A program made the position numbers and the translations under genes. Of a DNA stretch of 64,000 nt, positions 23,656 to 37,595 are shown piece after piece. The notes under the pieces were generated by a model, which searched no databases, had not been told where the DNA came from, and worked only from the letters and a program-made list of their open reading frames with translations. This DNA is from Callorhinchus milii (taxonomy: Eukaryota). Every line of letters begins with the position of its first letter. The stretch's first letter is position 1. Where the stretch lies: the NCBI RefSeq assembly GCF_018977255.1, contig NW_024704935.1, forward strand, positions 1 through 64,000, written 5' to 3'.

Positions 23656-26075
23656 CAACAACAACAACAAGATTCCATTTATAAAGCGCCTTTCACGTCA
23701 GGAGGACGTCCCAAGGCGCTGTACAGTTGGGTCATGACCCGGGCAGGGGGGAAATGGTCAGGGGGAGGGAAGGGAGGGGGGGGGGGGGGGGGGGAGGGAG
23801 CGAGGAGGGGGAAGAGAGTCGAGAGGGGAGCTGAAGGCACGGTCCAAGAGAAAGGTTTTGAGACCGGCCTTGAAGGAGGAAAGGGAGGAAGCAAGGCGAA
23901 GGCACTGGGGATGGAGTTCCAGAGCCTGGTGGCTGAGAGGCTGAAGGCCCGACCACCGATGGTAGGGCGGTTGGGGCGGGGGACGTGGAGCAGACCGGAG
24001 CCAGAGGAACGGAGGGTACGGGCAGGTAGGTAGGGGGATAGTAGGTTGGAGAGGTAGGAGGGAGCAAGCCCTGAATGGCCTTGTAGGTGAGGATGAGGAT
24101 CTTGAAATCAATCCTCTGGGGGATGGGGAGCCAGTGGAGGCGAGCGAGGGTGGGAGTGATGTGGTCGCGGTGTCTGGTGCGGGACAGTACACGAGCTGCA
24201 GAGTTCTGAATGACCTGCAGTGTGGAGGGAGGTGGCGGGAAGGCCGGCGAGGAGAGAGTTCCCATCGTCCAGCCTTGAGGTGACAAAGGCGTGGACCAGG
24301 GTTTCCGCAGCATGAGGGGTAAGGTAGTGCCGTAGTCTGGCGATGTTCCGAAGGTGATGGAAGGCAGTGCCAGTTGTAGTGCGGATGTGAGGGAGAAAGG
24401 ACAGCTCAGGGTCGAACAAAACGCCGAGGTTCCTGACTGGCTTTGAGAGGTGGAGAGTGCAGCCTTGGATGCTGATGGTGTCAGCGCCTAAGTTGCGGAG
24501 GCGCTGACGTGAGCCAATCAGGAGGGCCTCGGTTTTTCGCACGTTGAGCTGAAGAAAGTTGTCTCTCGTCCAGGACTCGATGTCGGACAGGCAGGCTGTC
24601 AGGACATCGGTGGTCGTGGAGTTGAGAGTAGAGGAGGAAAGGTAGAGTTGGGTGTCATCCGCATACATGTGGAAGTTAACTCCATGTCTGCGGATGATGT
24701 CACCGAGGGGGAGCATTTAGAGGGTGAAGAGGAGGGGACCGAGGACAGAGCCCTGAGGGACACCACATGAGACAGTGCGGGGGCTGGAGGAGAAGCCATT
24801 CGTTGAGACAAAGTGAAGACGGTGAGAAAGGTACGACCTAAACCATTCAAGGACAGTGCCTTGAAGGTTGAGGTGGGAGGACAAGCGGTGGAGTAGGATA
24901 GCGTAGTCGACCGTATCGAATGCTGCCGATAGGTCGAGGAGGACGAGGAGACAGAGGGAGCCCTGGTCACAGATGGTCACGATATCATTGGTGACCTTGA
25001 CCAGGGCAGTTTCTGTGCTATGGGCAGCACGGAAACCTGACTGAAGGGGTTCAAAAAGAGAATGGGTGGAAAGGAAAGAGCGCAGTTGGGAGGCGACAAC
25101 TCTTTCCAAGACCTTGGAGAGAAAGGGGAGGTTGGAGATGGGCCGGTAGCTTGATAGCTGCGACGCATCAAGGGAGGGTTTTTTCAGGGTGGGCGTGATG
25201 ATGGCAGTTTTTAATGGAATGGGGACAGAGCCAGAGGAGAGGGACAGGTTGATGATGTCAGTGATATGTGGGGCAAGAAAGTGGAGCTGGTAGATAAGGA
25301 GTGGAGTGGGGATGGGGTCAAGGGAGCAGGTGGTTGGTTTTAGGGATAGGATGAGTTCAGTGACAGAGGGTGGGGAAACGGGTACGAAGGTGTTTAGGGG
25401 AGGATGGGTAGGAGTCGGAGTGTGGGAGGGAAGGGGTGGCTGGTGGGTGGAAGTGAGGGAAGTGACCGGAGCGGATTGTCTGGTTCAGGAATCAGTCTGC
25501 GTNNNNNNNNNNNNNNNNNNNNNNNNNNNNNNNNNNNNNNNNNNNNNNNNNNNNNNNNNNNNNNNNNNNNNNNNNNNNNNNNNNNNNNNNNNNNNNNNNN
25601 NNNNNNNNNNNNNNNNNNNNNNNNNNNNNNNNNNNNNNNNNNNNNNNNNNNNNNNNNNNNNNNNNNNNNTCGGAGGGACTTTAACTGGTGCTGCGGGGAA
25701 TGAATTCATCTAATTTTGAGGGGAGAAGTGATTCTGGAAGTAGCATTAGAGAAGACGGTCAAGTTACATAGAGGGGGAGGGGTTGGGGTTGAGCCGTGGT
25801 GGAGCATTGACAGGAGGTTGAGAATGTGGTTGAGAGGGTGGCCCCGTAGACAGGGAACTTTGGGCCTTGCGGCGAGAATGAGGGATAGGGCAATCAGAGT
25901 GGCTGCTGTTGGAAAGCCAGCAGCGTCTGCAAACTTCGGCGTAAAGGAGGGTTCAAGGAGGTTGAAGGAGAGACGTTACGGGAAGGTTGATCAGGGTTAG
26001 GAGTAAGGAAGGACAGTGGGAAACGACGACAGAGTGGGAATAATGCAGCTTAGAGGACAGTGTTGGTAGCATTTT
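23656..26075 (-). mobile_element. Young L2 LINE, 5'-truncated, RT largely intact, spans the 167-N gap at 25503-25669
   Basis: ORFs with [34 protein letters not shown] and [16 protein letters not shown]; 3' stem-loop and (ttg)n tail at 23656-23720. Confidence 0.93.
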
Positions 26076-27269
26076 CGTTAAGCCGCTCAGGTACAATCCC
26101 ACTCAACCTCTTGGTTCCCAAAAGCAGTCTAAGCCTATAACCCCCACATTTCAAATCTGTTCTGCTTGACAAAGCACCCAGGAGTTGTCAACACGGCTCT
26201 GCATTGGTTTCCACAGTTGCTGTGCAGAGAAAGATAATAATCAACAAAAACGGAAATCGCTGGGGACATTCAGCCGATCAGGCAGCATCTACGGAGAATG
26301 GAAAATAAGTCAACGTTTGAGGTCCACGACCCTCTGTCAGAAATAATAATCCTTTCATTTGATATAGAGTCTTATCAGGTCTTCGAACCCTCAAAGAGCT
26401 ACACAGAATATACCGTAAAGTGAATTAAGTGTATGCTTTGTGGTCAGCAACAATTGCTCACATTAAGCCTAACAACCTTCTCTACATAGCACATTTCACG
26501 CGGGGCAAAGCGTTCACATCGTGTTTGTAATTTAAAACTAAAAATACACATTGGTTTACATGCTCCACTATGTGGGACCTCCATACAGTGACACGTTTCT
26601 ATTCAGCCTTTCAGAGGCCTGGTGAATGCATTTGTTCTCAATGTTGCTGAACTTAGTAACAGGATTCAGCCTGTGCTCCAGCTCCAGGGAGCACCATACA
26701 CTCTTCATGGGAGCGCAGCAGCTGAAGTTTGGCCAGGACAGTGTCAAGTTCTTTTTCACCGCATGAAATTCACATCATAGTTGGGCTGCAACATAATATT
26801 TGGAACTTTTATGAACAATCTGGTGTCTGATCCATGCGGAAAAACATTAACATTCTTAAGAGTTTCCATGAAAATCTGAAAATCCATGCATCCACTTACG
26901 CATGGGAATCTCAGAGGACAGATTGTTGAAACAGAATGAGCGCTGTGGGGCTGCATCCTGCTGACTAACTTCAGAGATTATTAGCTGCATTTCGGCAAGA
27001 GCCAATATATGTGCACCCCAAAATCAGCACCGTAGTCCTGCTTGTGTCTGACGAGCTAACACTACACAGCTTGCCCTCAACATTGCTGTTAGGCAAGATT
27101 TTCTGGTGCTTTTCCTGCTAGGACCACGTACATGTTAGTTGGTGCTTTTAGTTGCAGGGTTAAAAGGAGTTGAGCGCAGGAATCCCTACCCCAGTAACTG
27201 GTCTGCCATTTCAGTTCTTACCGATCAGCTCAGTTGGGCTGTGCTGTCACCAGTGCCGTGTTTTCATCA

Positions 27270-27900
27270 GCAGCCTGATTCCTAGCCTGGGAGTGGAGAG
27301 GTGGCCATCAGCATGCTGGAAGAGGAAAGTTTTCAGGCCTGACTTAAAAAAGGAATAAAGGCGGCAAGGCGGCTGGATTGAGCGGAAAGCTTCCAGAGCT
27401 TTGGGGCATAGTGGCTCAAAGACCCGATGGTGGGGCGGAGGTTGCGAGGGACAAGCAATAGGCAGGTGCCCTTCGAGCAAAGACGTTGACCGGTTGGTGC
27501 ATTTAGGAATGTAGAGGTCGGAGAGGTAGGGAGATGCCAGGAAGTGAATGTATTTCAACACCACTGTGAGGGTCTTGAAGTCGATCCGTATGTGTTGGTA
27601 AGCCAGTGGTGCCTGGGCCAGAGGTCAGGTCCACGGATGAGATGTGGGTACGAAGTTTCGCCGGCGTCAGAATGCGGCCGTAAGAGAATTGTATGATCTG
27701 ATCTTGTGTATGGTGTAGCTGAGGAGACTGGCGAGGAGCACATTGGAATAATCCAAGCGGGATGTGAAAAACGCATCTATGAGGGTTTCGGATGCATTTG
27801 TGCTAAGGTACTGACGAAGGCGGGTAATGTGGCGGAGGTGAAAGAAAGCGATCCTGGTCAGGATTCGGATGTGGGGCAGAAAGGACAGTTGGTGTTCGAA
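27270..27900 (-). mobile_element. Older L2 fragment
   Basis: Degenerate homology to the L2 C-terminus (SFFKSGLKTFLF). Confidence 0.65.
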
Positions 27901-28764
27901 CCGGACTCCTCGTTTTCGCTCTGGTTCGTTGTGTCAGAGAGAGAGCTCAGAGAGTTTGAGTAGTTTACAACCGCAGAAGTTTACATTTCCAGGTGACACA
28001 GGACTTACAAACTGATTTAAATATTCATAATCGCGGCAAACATCTCTTTCAAAAAGCTATCGCTTTATTTTGTATCTTCTACTTTGTTCTTTAAGATATT
28101 AATTCCCATTTCGATTGTTTTGTTTTCCATTCCCTCCTTCGGGAGTCTTCCTGCTGGACAGGCAATCGGCAGCTCTCAGGCTGAATGTAAACTGAAACAC
28201 TCCTGAAATGTGACTATCGCCAAACGGATCGGTGCTTCTCATAAACTGATATCCTACCAGTCTGATAAGTCATATGTGTATGATCATTGATAGACCAATT
28301 GAGGTTTAGGACAATCCACCAGTGAATCAAAGAAATACGAAATCCATATTTTATTTGTTCCTGGCCCCCAACACTTGCCTCCTTCAAAGCAGAGAAAGGG
28401 CAGCGAAGGAAGACAATTGTCCTGTGGCTCAGTGGTTAGAGCACTCGCTTTGCGAGTGAGAGACCTGAGTTCAATTCCAGGCAGAGGGCGAAACCTTGGG
28501 CAAGTTTCCTTACTCCACACGCCTAATAATAAATCCTCCAAAAAAACTAAACAAAAATAAATTGGTCATTTTCAATCCATATGACTGTTTGTGGGACATT
28601 GCTGTGCGCAATTGGCTGCCGCGTTCGCCCACAAATATAGTCAACACAGTGTGTACTGTGAAGCGCTTTGGGACGTCCTCCCCCTCCCGACGTGAAAAGC
28701 GCTATATCAAATGCAAGGATTAGTATTGTTATTATTATAATTGGGTTAACAGCAAGGGCTAACA

Positions 28765-29235
28765 ACTAGTTGAGTTAAGAGTGGGGCAGCAGAACTAGTT
28801 AGGGTGAATCACGGTGGTGGGATTATTTGCGGTAAGTGCGAGGGACTGCCATTACTTGGGGTAAGAGCGGAGGAGAGGGAATACTTGGGTAAGGTAAGCT
28901 CTTAGATTTCTTGAGGTAACAACTGGGAATGGTGATAATTTGGTGGGGTCGCCGCGAGGCAGTGAGACTACATGGGTTAAGTGTGGGGGACTGGGAGTAG
29001 TTGTGGGAAGAGCGCGGGACTGGGAAGTGTAGGGTTAAGAAAGGGAATTTGGATTAGTTGGGGCTAACCACGAGTAAGCCGTGCCAGTTGAGTTAAAAGT
29101 GGGGGAGTGGGTCTAGTTGTGAGAAGAGCGGGGGAGTGGGATCAGTTGGGTGAAAAGCGGGAAAGTGGGACTAGTTGGGGTAAGAGCCGCGGAGTCGAGC
29201 TAGTTGGGGGTAAGAGCGCATGAGTGGGACTTGTG
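28765..29235 (+). repeat. Degenerate ~30-bp G-rich tandem repeat
   Basis: Recurrent gggactagttggggtaagagcg-like units with strong G/C strand skew. Confidence 0.75.
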
Positions 29236-30539
29236 GTATTACAAAGAGGCGGCACATGCACGATGTACCGAATGGTCCTTCTGTGTTGTAAAGTTTTATG
29301 ATTCTGTGATGTTTCTGTGATTAAAAAAGCTGTAAGCTAAAGCCATGAGCGGTGGGACGGTTCTCAATGGACAATCACACTGAACCTGTCAGGGCTGCGG
29401 CTTACAGTGTACACTGTTGCTGCAGTGATCAGAGTGAGAACAATCACAACCCCTTACTTTTGCCAAGTAAACTGAAACTGGGATCTGTTTGTTGCCTCCC
29501 CAGTTCTCCGGGATTTTAGCGCAGTGAAACTGATCTGTTCAGACAAGGAACCTCAAATGGAAGCGGAGAGGCAATTGGCCTCATTGTTACTGGGCTATGG
29601 AGGAGGATTCAGGTTGCAGTCCAGCCTCAATCTCGCTCTATAGGTGGGTTCAGGGGCTGGCGGATGGCCAATAATCTCACTGGATTTTATAGTATATTCT
29701 GTGAAGCACTTTGAGACATCTTGAAGACGTTATAAGGCGCGTTATCAAACAGAAGGATTATTATAAGAATTCCTATTATAGCAGAATCAAGATATGTTTC
29801 ACTGTCTCAGCATCTAACCATACTGTGGACTGTGATATAACTTTTACAAGCAAAAACCCACAAAGCTTACAAGTCTCTGAACCAAACTAAGCGTTTCCTA
29901 CAACCCTCCTGCACATGGAGAACTCAGATATAGATTACTGGAATGAAATGCACACTCTCGTTCTCTCCGTGGTGGAATGCAGCCTGTTTTCCAAATTCCC
30001 GAGAGTATTAGGCGCAGGTTGGCAAGAGCCAAGATTTCGGGACTCTAGATTATGCGTTGCGAGAAAATGCTGGGATCTAGCCAGCTAAAGCCGCAAATGT
30101 CAAAGGAGTATCTGTGGAGAAAGTGCCCTAATTCACAAATGTTATACAGACAATCTCGGGAATCATGATTAATTATAAAACAAAGCTGAAGTGAAACCAT
30201 GTGTTCCAATAGTAGTGTTGATACTTTAATTGCTGAACATACATTATACATAGAAGCTGATATTGGCCTACAGATGATACTGCACTATTTCGAAAAGGAC
30301 AAGAGAATATATATCAAGTTAACCTACAGCTCACCTAATCTATTCCTCTGGTTATCAACCAAACCATTCCGTTCCCCAATGCGCTCCCCACAAAAGATTG
30401 AGTGACACAAGTTAGGATTCACAGTTAATTGTCTATTATGTGAAGCGCCTTAGACGACTCGAAGACGTGATGAGCCCAAATTCAAGGATTATTATAATTA
30501 GTAGTAGAGGTAGTAGTATTAGAATGTCAATCAACACTA

Positions 30540-30655
30540 GAGCTGGATTGGAGTATCAGCTCAGATTATATGTTTTCGATCATGACGTTCGAGCTTGAAC
30601 CCAGAACCATCTGATTCAGAGGCCAGAGGTTTATCAGTCCACCAGACTGACACAG
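30540..30655 (-). mobile_element. Old SacSINE1-like (Deu-type) SINE head
   Basis: Minus strand gcctctgaatcagatggttctgggttcaagc...aatctgagctgatactcca; same family as 37243-37595. Confidence 0.55.
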
Positions 30656-31021
30656 GCACAACAACAACTTGCATCAATATGAAGCCGATCACGCGGGGTA
30701 GCGTGTGGATTCTGACCATGAGCCATGGGGACAGGGAGGGAGAGGTGATCATAAGCACAATCAAAACGGAAGTTCTTTAGGCAGGATTTTTAAGCAGTGA
30801 GAAAGGCAGAAAGTACGTGGAATAGAGACAGAGTAAAAGCTTGGCGACATCGACGGTGGAGCGAAGGGTTCGAGAGACAAACAGGACACCGGAAACAGAG
30901 GAGCGGAGGCAGCGGATGGTGGAGTGGTTGGAATGGAGTGCGAGGCAGGACAGGAATTGAAAATCAACACAATCAAACACACACAAGACATAGAGAGCGG
31001 GTGTCGGAGACGCTGAGAGTG

Positions 31022-34000
31022 TTATTTACAGAGGAGCCGGCAGGGGGCGGTGAGGACATCTCGGATTTGCTGTCGGAAGCGGCTCTGTGTCAGGCCGTAG
31101 ATGGCGGTGTTTGTGCAGGTGCTGAGGAGCTGCAGCATCACGCCCGCCTCCTGCAGGATGTACAGAGGATCTTGAGCACCCACCGTATTGGCGTTGTAGC
31201 TGACCATTGGCCAGAACAGGAAGTGAATAATGTACGTCAGCCACAGCAGGACGAAGCTGCCAGAGACGGCGAAGAGCAGAACGATGGACTTCCTGCGGCT
31301 CTCCATCTCCGGGTCCTGCTCACTGCCTCCCGCCCCTCTCCCGCTCCTTCCTGCCCGCAGCCTCTTCCGCGCTCGGCCGGTCACCAGGATGTGCCGGACG
31401 GTGATGGAGTTGAGGAGAAAGATCAGCAGCACCGGCACGAGTGGAGTGAGCGCACGATGAGCTGCCAGAAGCCTGCCCCAAGCCGCCGAGGTATAGAACG
31501 ACATCTTACAAATGCAAAAGTAGGGCTGGTTCCCCAACACGGCCCCGGGCTCAAAGGTAAAGTACCAGGGAATGTTCTTCAGGAGGCAAACGCTAGCGAC
31601 TGATCCGATAATGATTGCCGCACTCCTCTCGGTGCAGAAGCGGAGCTTGAGGCTGGGGCAGCAAATGGCAACGAAGCGGTCGAGGGTGAAACTGACGGTG
31701 AGCCAGACCGAGGCGTCGGTGCAGGCGGACAACAGAGCCACGCGGGAACTACAGACAGGCGTGAGCATCAGGAAGCTGAGAGGGAAGTACAGGTTGTTGA
31801 TTCGGTTGAGAATGACGTCCGTGATCAGAACCAGTAGGTCTGAACCCGCCATCGCCACCAGGTACAGCGTGACGCATCGGCTCAGGCCACACTGCCCTCG
31901 GCACAGAACCACCATGGCCAGCACGTTCACTGTAACACAAAAGCAAATCAACTTGCCTTTACACAGCGCTCCTCATGCTAATGTTGGGGAATGAGGGACA
32001 AAGCTGATGGTTTGAGGAAGACAGTTCCAGTGTTTCGTGGTATGTTGTCCATTGCACGTAAATAAAAACAACTTGCCTTACGCAGCGCTCTTCACGCGGT
32101 GTAGCGTCCCGGAGCGACTAACAATTACAGTGACTGATACTGCGCCAGCGGTAGAGGTAAGTTGACAGTAAGCACGAACAACATTGAAGTGTCATTAGGC
32201 ATTATTTGAATTTTGGCAGGGAATGGGAATGGTGGAGGGATTGATGGAGAGGGTTCCAGAGTTTCGGGGCGTAATGTTTTAAAATATTGCCGCCGATGAT
32301 CAAGCGGAGGGTTCCCGTAGCAGGCCAGAGCTAGCCAAACCGAGGCACAGATTTTGGAAAAAGCCGTTAAGAAAGTTGGCCTATGCCCGGTATCAGGGAT
32401 TTGTGGTCGAATGGGATAACTGAACTAACGGGGTAGCGCCTATAGGGTGGAAGAGAATGCGAGTCTGTTGGAGAGCAGACTGGTGAGAGGATGCAGCCAG
32501 AGCCGAATCCTGGTGTCCCGAAGCAAAGTGTTTCGCTCGCTCCCTTCTGCACATCCATCACTCCATTACACCATTCCAATCTTTTCACGCCTTAGGACCT
32601 CACTGCCTCTCTGACCTGATCAATAGCCACTCCTCGGCTCGGCCATTGTTTGGCTGCATTCAATGTTGTGCCCTGTAGCTCAGTGGTTAGAGCACTCGCT
32701 CTCACAAGTGGGAGACCTGGGTTCGATTTGGAGCAGGGCGAATCGTTAGACAAGTTTGCTAACTCCACACGCCACAGTTTACCTTGCATTAACTCGGAAA
32801 CTGGTTGTTAATCTACTGATGAATCGCTTTTTATTCCGGGGATAATAATTCCTTGGAAAAAATAATAAATTGGTCACTTCCACATCCACAATATTTTTGG
32901 GACACTGCTGTGAGCAATTGAGTGCCACGGTGCGCTAATAGAGAATCAAATCACTTTGCAGTATATTCTGTGAAGCAATTTGAGACGTCTCGAAGACGTG
33001 ATAAGGCACGACACCAAATGCAAGGATTGTTAAGTATTATTATTATTTCAGGTGGAATCGCACTGAATAGATGCTAGCGCACTCGCCTCGTAAATTGGCG
33101 ACCCGGGTTTGATTCCCGGGCAGGTCGATACAGTGGTCAAGTTTATTTACACCTTGCACCGCTGTTTACCCTCAGCAAGATTTCGGTAGATAATCGATTG
33201 GAGATCGCTCTCTGGGCTTAATCTTGTTTCAGAATAAAAATTTGGTCATTCAATCACGTCGTACTTACGGCGAGCTAAACAGAGGGCGTGGAAACTTTCC
33301 TATAGTATCGCCCTGCCTGGCAATCGAACCCGAGTCCTTTTCATTGAAAGGCGAGTGCTCTTATCAATATTATATAACCAATACAGTAATCTACGATTAT
33401 TATGATTATTTTTGCGAGGATTATTTTCGGCAGCCATTCCCTGTAAATGCCTTTGAGACATTTCGATGTAACAGCACTCAATGAAATCGAATTATTGGAA
33501 GTATTCCAAACATTTCGTAACACAAACGTGTCAGAGCAGCAGCTGCCAGCAATAATCTCACCTTCTCTTTCTCAACGACATCCCTCAACGGCTGCTGTAT
33601 TCTACTAATGCTAATACATACATTTGATGTCGTTGGCCGAGATAGCAGGAGAAATGACAATAATAATAATGATAATAATAATAATAGTGAATTCAGTATG
33701 TATTTTGGTAGCGAAAAAAGGCTGACAAGTGCTCACAGCAGATTCCCACACAAAGTTGTTGATTATGACCAAATTGTCATTTATTTTTGGAAGGAATTAT
33801 TACCACCAGAAAATAGATCCACCAATCATCTAACAACCGGCTTCCTACTTATTTAAGTGAACGTATGGGCGTATGGAGTAAATATACTTCCACAATGTTT
33901 CACTCTGCCTGGAATCGAACGCGGATCTCTCGTTTGCACGGCAAGTGTTTAAACACTGAGCTACAGGAAGCCATAATATTTCGAATAGCGCTGGGGATCT

Positions 34001-35523
34001 TCGCAATTAAAATGAACAAGAACCGGAGAGCGCTGCATTGGTGCCTGATCCTGGACTGTGAGATAAACATTTCCAACATTAGCTTTCAAACCTCTGACTC
34101 TAAGGAGAAAATGGTGCAACTGCACCAGGACGGCAACCATTCCGTTATCCTTCTGCTTCGGAAGCTTAATATACCTCCCCTTTTGTTCTCTTCCATTCCT
34201 TTCTTAAGCGCTCGCAAAACAGGTTATTGGGACCATTGGAGTCCAGTAGCTCAGTCGTTAGAGCACTTGCCTCGCATGCAAAAGATCTTGGTTCGATACC
34301 CGTCAGGGCAAAAATTTCAACCAGTTCCTTACTTCACATACCAAGTGGAATCCAATTGTCAGTCGATTGGCTTTTCCGTGGGGTAAATCTTCCTTAAAAA
34401 TTTAATAGTAATAATAAATTGAAACTTCGTTTGTGGGAAACTCCAGTGGGAAACTCCAGTGCACATTTGCTTGCCGTGTTTTGTCCACAATATTTGCACT
34501 TAATTCACTTCACAGTTTATTCTGCTAAGAGCTTTGCGAAATCTCGAAGCCCCGATAATGTGTATATCACATCGAAGGAATATCGGTATTATTATTACTA
34601 TTATCCCAGTGATCACTTGCTGCGCTAACCACCCGATTAACTACTATGTAAACCTAAGCGTGTGGAGTAAGGGAACTTGTACAACGTTTCTCCCTGCCAG
34701 GCATTGAACCCGTTCTCTCGCTTGTGAGGCGAGTGCTCTAACCACTGAGCTGCTGGTTATTCCAAGCAAACAAGTCCTGTTGCGCAGTGCTTAGCGCACT
34801 CGGCTAGAAAATGAGAGGATCCAGGTTCAATTCCTGAAAGGGGCAAAACCTTCAGCAAGTTGTCTTACTCCACTCACCTTTGTTTATCAAGAAGTATGTA
34901 GAATTCAGGCAACGAAACTGAGCACTTTGAGGCGTCTCCACGAAGCGAGAAGATGTTATATCAAATGCAACGTTTCTTATCATATCTTAAGTCTTACATT
35001 GATCACTTCAGTTTTCCCAAAATATTATTTTCCAAAGTAAATCTATCTAATTCGTTTCTGAATGAATCAATTCTTTCTGCTTCTTCCATTTGCCTACGCA
35101 GCCTTTTCTACACATTTAGCAGCGATTCATTAAAATATTGCTTCCACATACCAGTTTTGAATTTATACTACTGTTTTGGACAAAATGCAACAGCTTTGAG
35201 GAACTCCTAAATTCCTTGACTCTAATTTTAAGAATATGCCCCTTTTCTGAATTCCCCCACGAGAGGAAATAGTCGATTGTCCTTATCGCTTCAGAAGTAT
35301 CAATAAGATTTCAAGACAAACTTCCGAACTCAGTGGAGTATATACGGAGTTTAAGCAACTTTTCCCCGTAATTAAAATCTTTAAGCCCTTAAAGCAGGGA
35401 AAATGGGGAGGCGTAACACAGACAAAAGGCAACTAAAATCTGTACATATTTACCAGGTACTCCAATAACTGAGAGAATTGGATAGTAAATAGCTTCAATG
35501 TCTAGAATTGTTGGATTCACCAT
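31022..35523 (-). CDS. Intact GC-rich GPR139/142-like GPCR, about 325 aa (exon 1 35454-35523; exon 2 31022-31929)
   Basis: Exon 1 MVNPTILDIEAIYYPILSVIGVP with G|gtaaat; acceptor tgtgttacag|TG at 31930-31931. Open frame VNVLAMVVLCRGQCGLS...FTLDRFVAICC...EMESRRKSIVLLF...CTNTAIYGLTQ to the stop at 31022. Confidence 0.88.
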
Positions 35524-37242
35524 TTGCTTGTGAGCGAAGTGTGTCTCTCACTGTGAACAATTCGGTCTCTGATGAACAGCAGATCAACACAATCACGTTA
35601 CTATTTATAGAGGGAAGACTTGGCTCTTGGGACAGTGAGGTAACTGATCACATCATCATATTCACTAATCACGGTTGTTTAAACCCAGTTTAAAATTAAT
35701 AATAATGACCCTTTCATTTGACACCGTGCCTTACCATTTTCGAGACGTCCGAAAGCGCCTCACCGAATATACTGTGACATGATTTGACCGTTTATTTTTG
35801 TGGGCAAAACGCGGCACCCTATGAAGCACAGCAGCGTCTCACAAACAGTCACGGAATAATTGAGCAGTAATTATTGGTCCTATTAATTTGAAGGAATTAT
35901 TAACCCAGGCAAAGCGTTCCGCCAATCAATGAATAACCGGGTTCCTACTTATTGCTAGATAAACCGAGGAATGTGGTGTAAGGACATTTGCCCAACGTTT
36001 CACCCTGCCAGGAATTGAACCCAGGTCTCTCATTTGCCAGGAAAATGCACTAACCAGTGCGCTACTGGACTCCACATTCCACCATAAGAATCATGAAAGC
36101 GTGGGATTTTACAGCACAAAAGTAGGCAATTCTGCCCTAAATTTAGTGGTTTGTTTTTGTTATCCCACCAGAGCAATTTTTAGCAGAAAACAACATATTG
36201 AGTCATTGATGGCTCTTCTCCGAACACAGAGGGAAAGTGCGATCAGAGTGAGAATGAGATCAGGAAACGAAGACCGAGGTACAGTCAGAGACTGAAGGAT
36301 TCAGATGCTGATACTAATAACAATAATATTATAATAATAATGAGAATGATCCCTGCGTTTAAAATAGGGTTTAATGACTTCCTTGAGACGGACTGAAAGT
36401 GCCTAACAGAATATATTGCAAAATTAATTGACTACAACAAAACAACAATTTGCGTTGATATCGCAGCCATTACAGATATTGATATAGCGGCCATCCCAGA
36501 ACGCTATCTGTACATATTTTGAGGGGAATTGAGCCAAACAATATCCCACATATAACAGCGGATTGAATTAAACTGTTTTCAAGAGATTGCGACTCGCAGC
36601 AAGTGTCAAACATTCGGCTACAAGTAATAAAAATCCTTGCATTTTGTTATCGGGCTTTTCATGATTCTTGGCGTCCCAATGCGCTTCACAGTGTATACTG
36701 TAAAGTGAATTGACTGTCTATTTGTGGGCGATACGCGAAATTCGATTGTGCACAATAGTGTCCCACAAAGCGTTGTGGATTGAGTGACCAAAGTTTTTTT
36801 TTAGATTATTTTCCGCCAAAAAGCGATCCGCCAATCGACGAACAAACAGTCTCTCACTTTCTTCAGGATAAACAGAGATGCGTGGAGTAAGGAAACTTGC
36901 CAAATATTTGACGCTGCCTGGAATGGTGCCCTGACCTTTCCACTGCGAAGCGAGTGCTCTAACCAGTGAGCTACAGGTCTCCGCTGCTAAGTATCAAAAT
37001 GAAGAACAACTTGGATTTATGTAGTGTCCTCCATGCTGGACGGCGTCTCAGAGCGCTTGGACAGTAAACAGAGGTGTGTGGAGCAAGCAAACTTTTCTAA
37101 GGTCTCCCGTCCTCGGAAATCGAATCAGGGTCCTCTGACTTGCGGGGCGAGCGTGCTAACCAATACACCTCAGGACTCCATAACGTAATACATGTTTCAC
37201 TTCAGGAGAAACTCTTAATAAACTGGTACTGAACAGCCTGTT

Positions 37243-37595
37243 TCAGCCTGGCTTAGTGGCAGCACTCTGGTGTCTCAGTTAGGAGATTATGCGCTCAAGA
37301 CCCAATTCTGACTTGGAGTAACCTAGACTAAGATTATTCTGTCAATGCAACGCTGGAAAGTGTTGCATAAACGGAGGTGCCATTTATCGTCGTTTAATTC
37401 AGAAGGATGTATTTAGGATCATCGCATTACATACAACAAGTTGTGTCAGCCGGGATCAATGGCAGCACTGTCACCTCTGAATCAGAAGGTTGTGGGCTCA
37501 AGCCCCACACCCGGACTTGGAATCACATTATCTAAGCTGACCTTCCGATGAGGTGCTGGGGTTGTGTTCCATTGTCAGAAGTGTCGTCCTTCAGT
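37243..37595 (+). mobile_element. Two tandem old SacSINE1-like SINE heads
   Basis: gtcagccgggatcaatggcagcactgtcacctctgaatcagaaggttgtgggctcaagccccac and a more decayed copy just upstream. Family assignment is from remembered consensus. Confidence 0.6.

Noticed and set aside
25306-25713. ORFs spanning X runs
   Set aside because: Created by the N gap inside the L2 element.
26568-26760. Chaperonin-like VLPGAG peptide in a minus frame
   Set aside because: A short motif in a short frame; chance similarity cannot be excluded.
30797-31603. 268-aa plus-strand ORF
   Set aside because: Antisense shadow of the GC-rich GPCR exon; no recognisable domain.
31949-32096. 28-bp direct repeat in the GPCR intron as a regulatory element
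   Set aside because: Both copies resemble old SINE/L2 3' tails on the minus strand.
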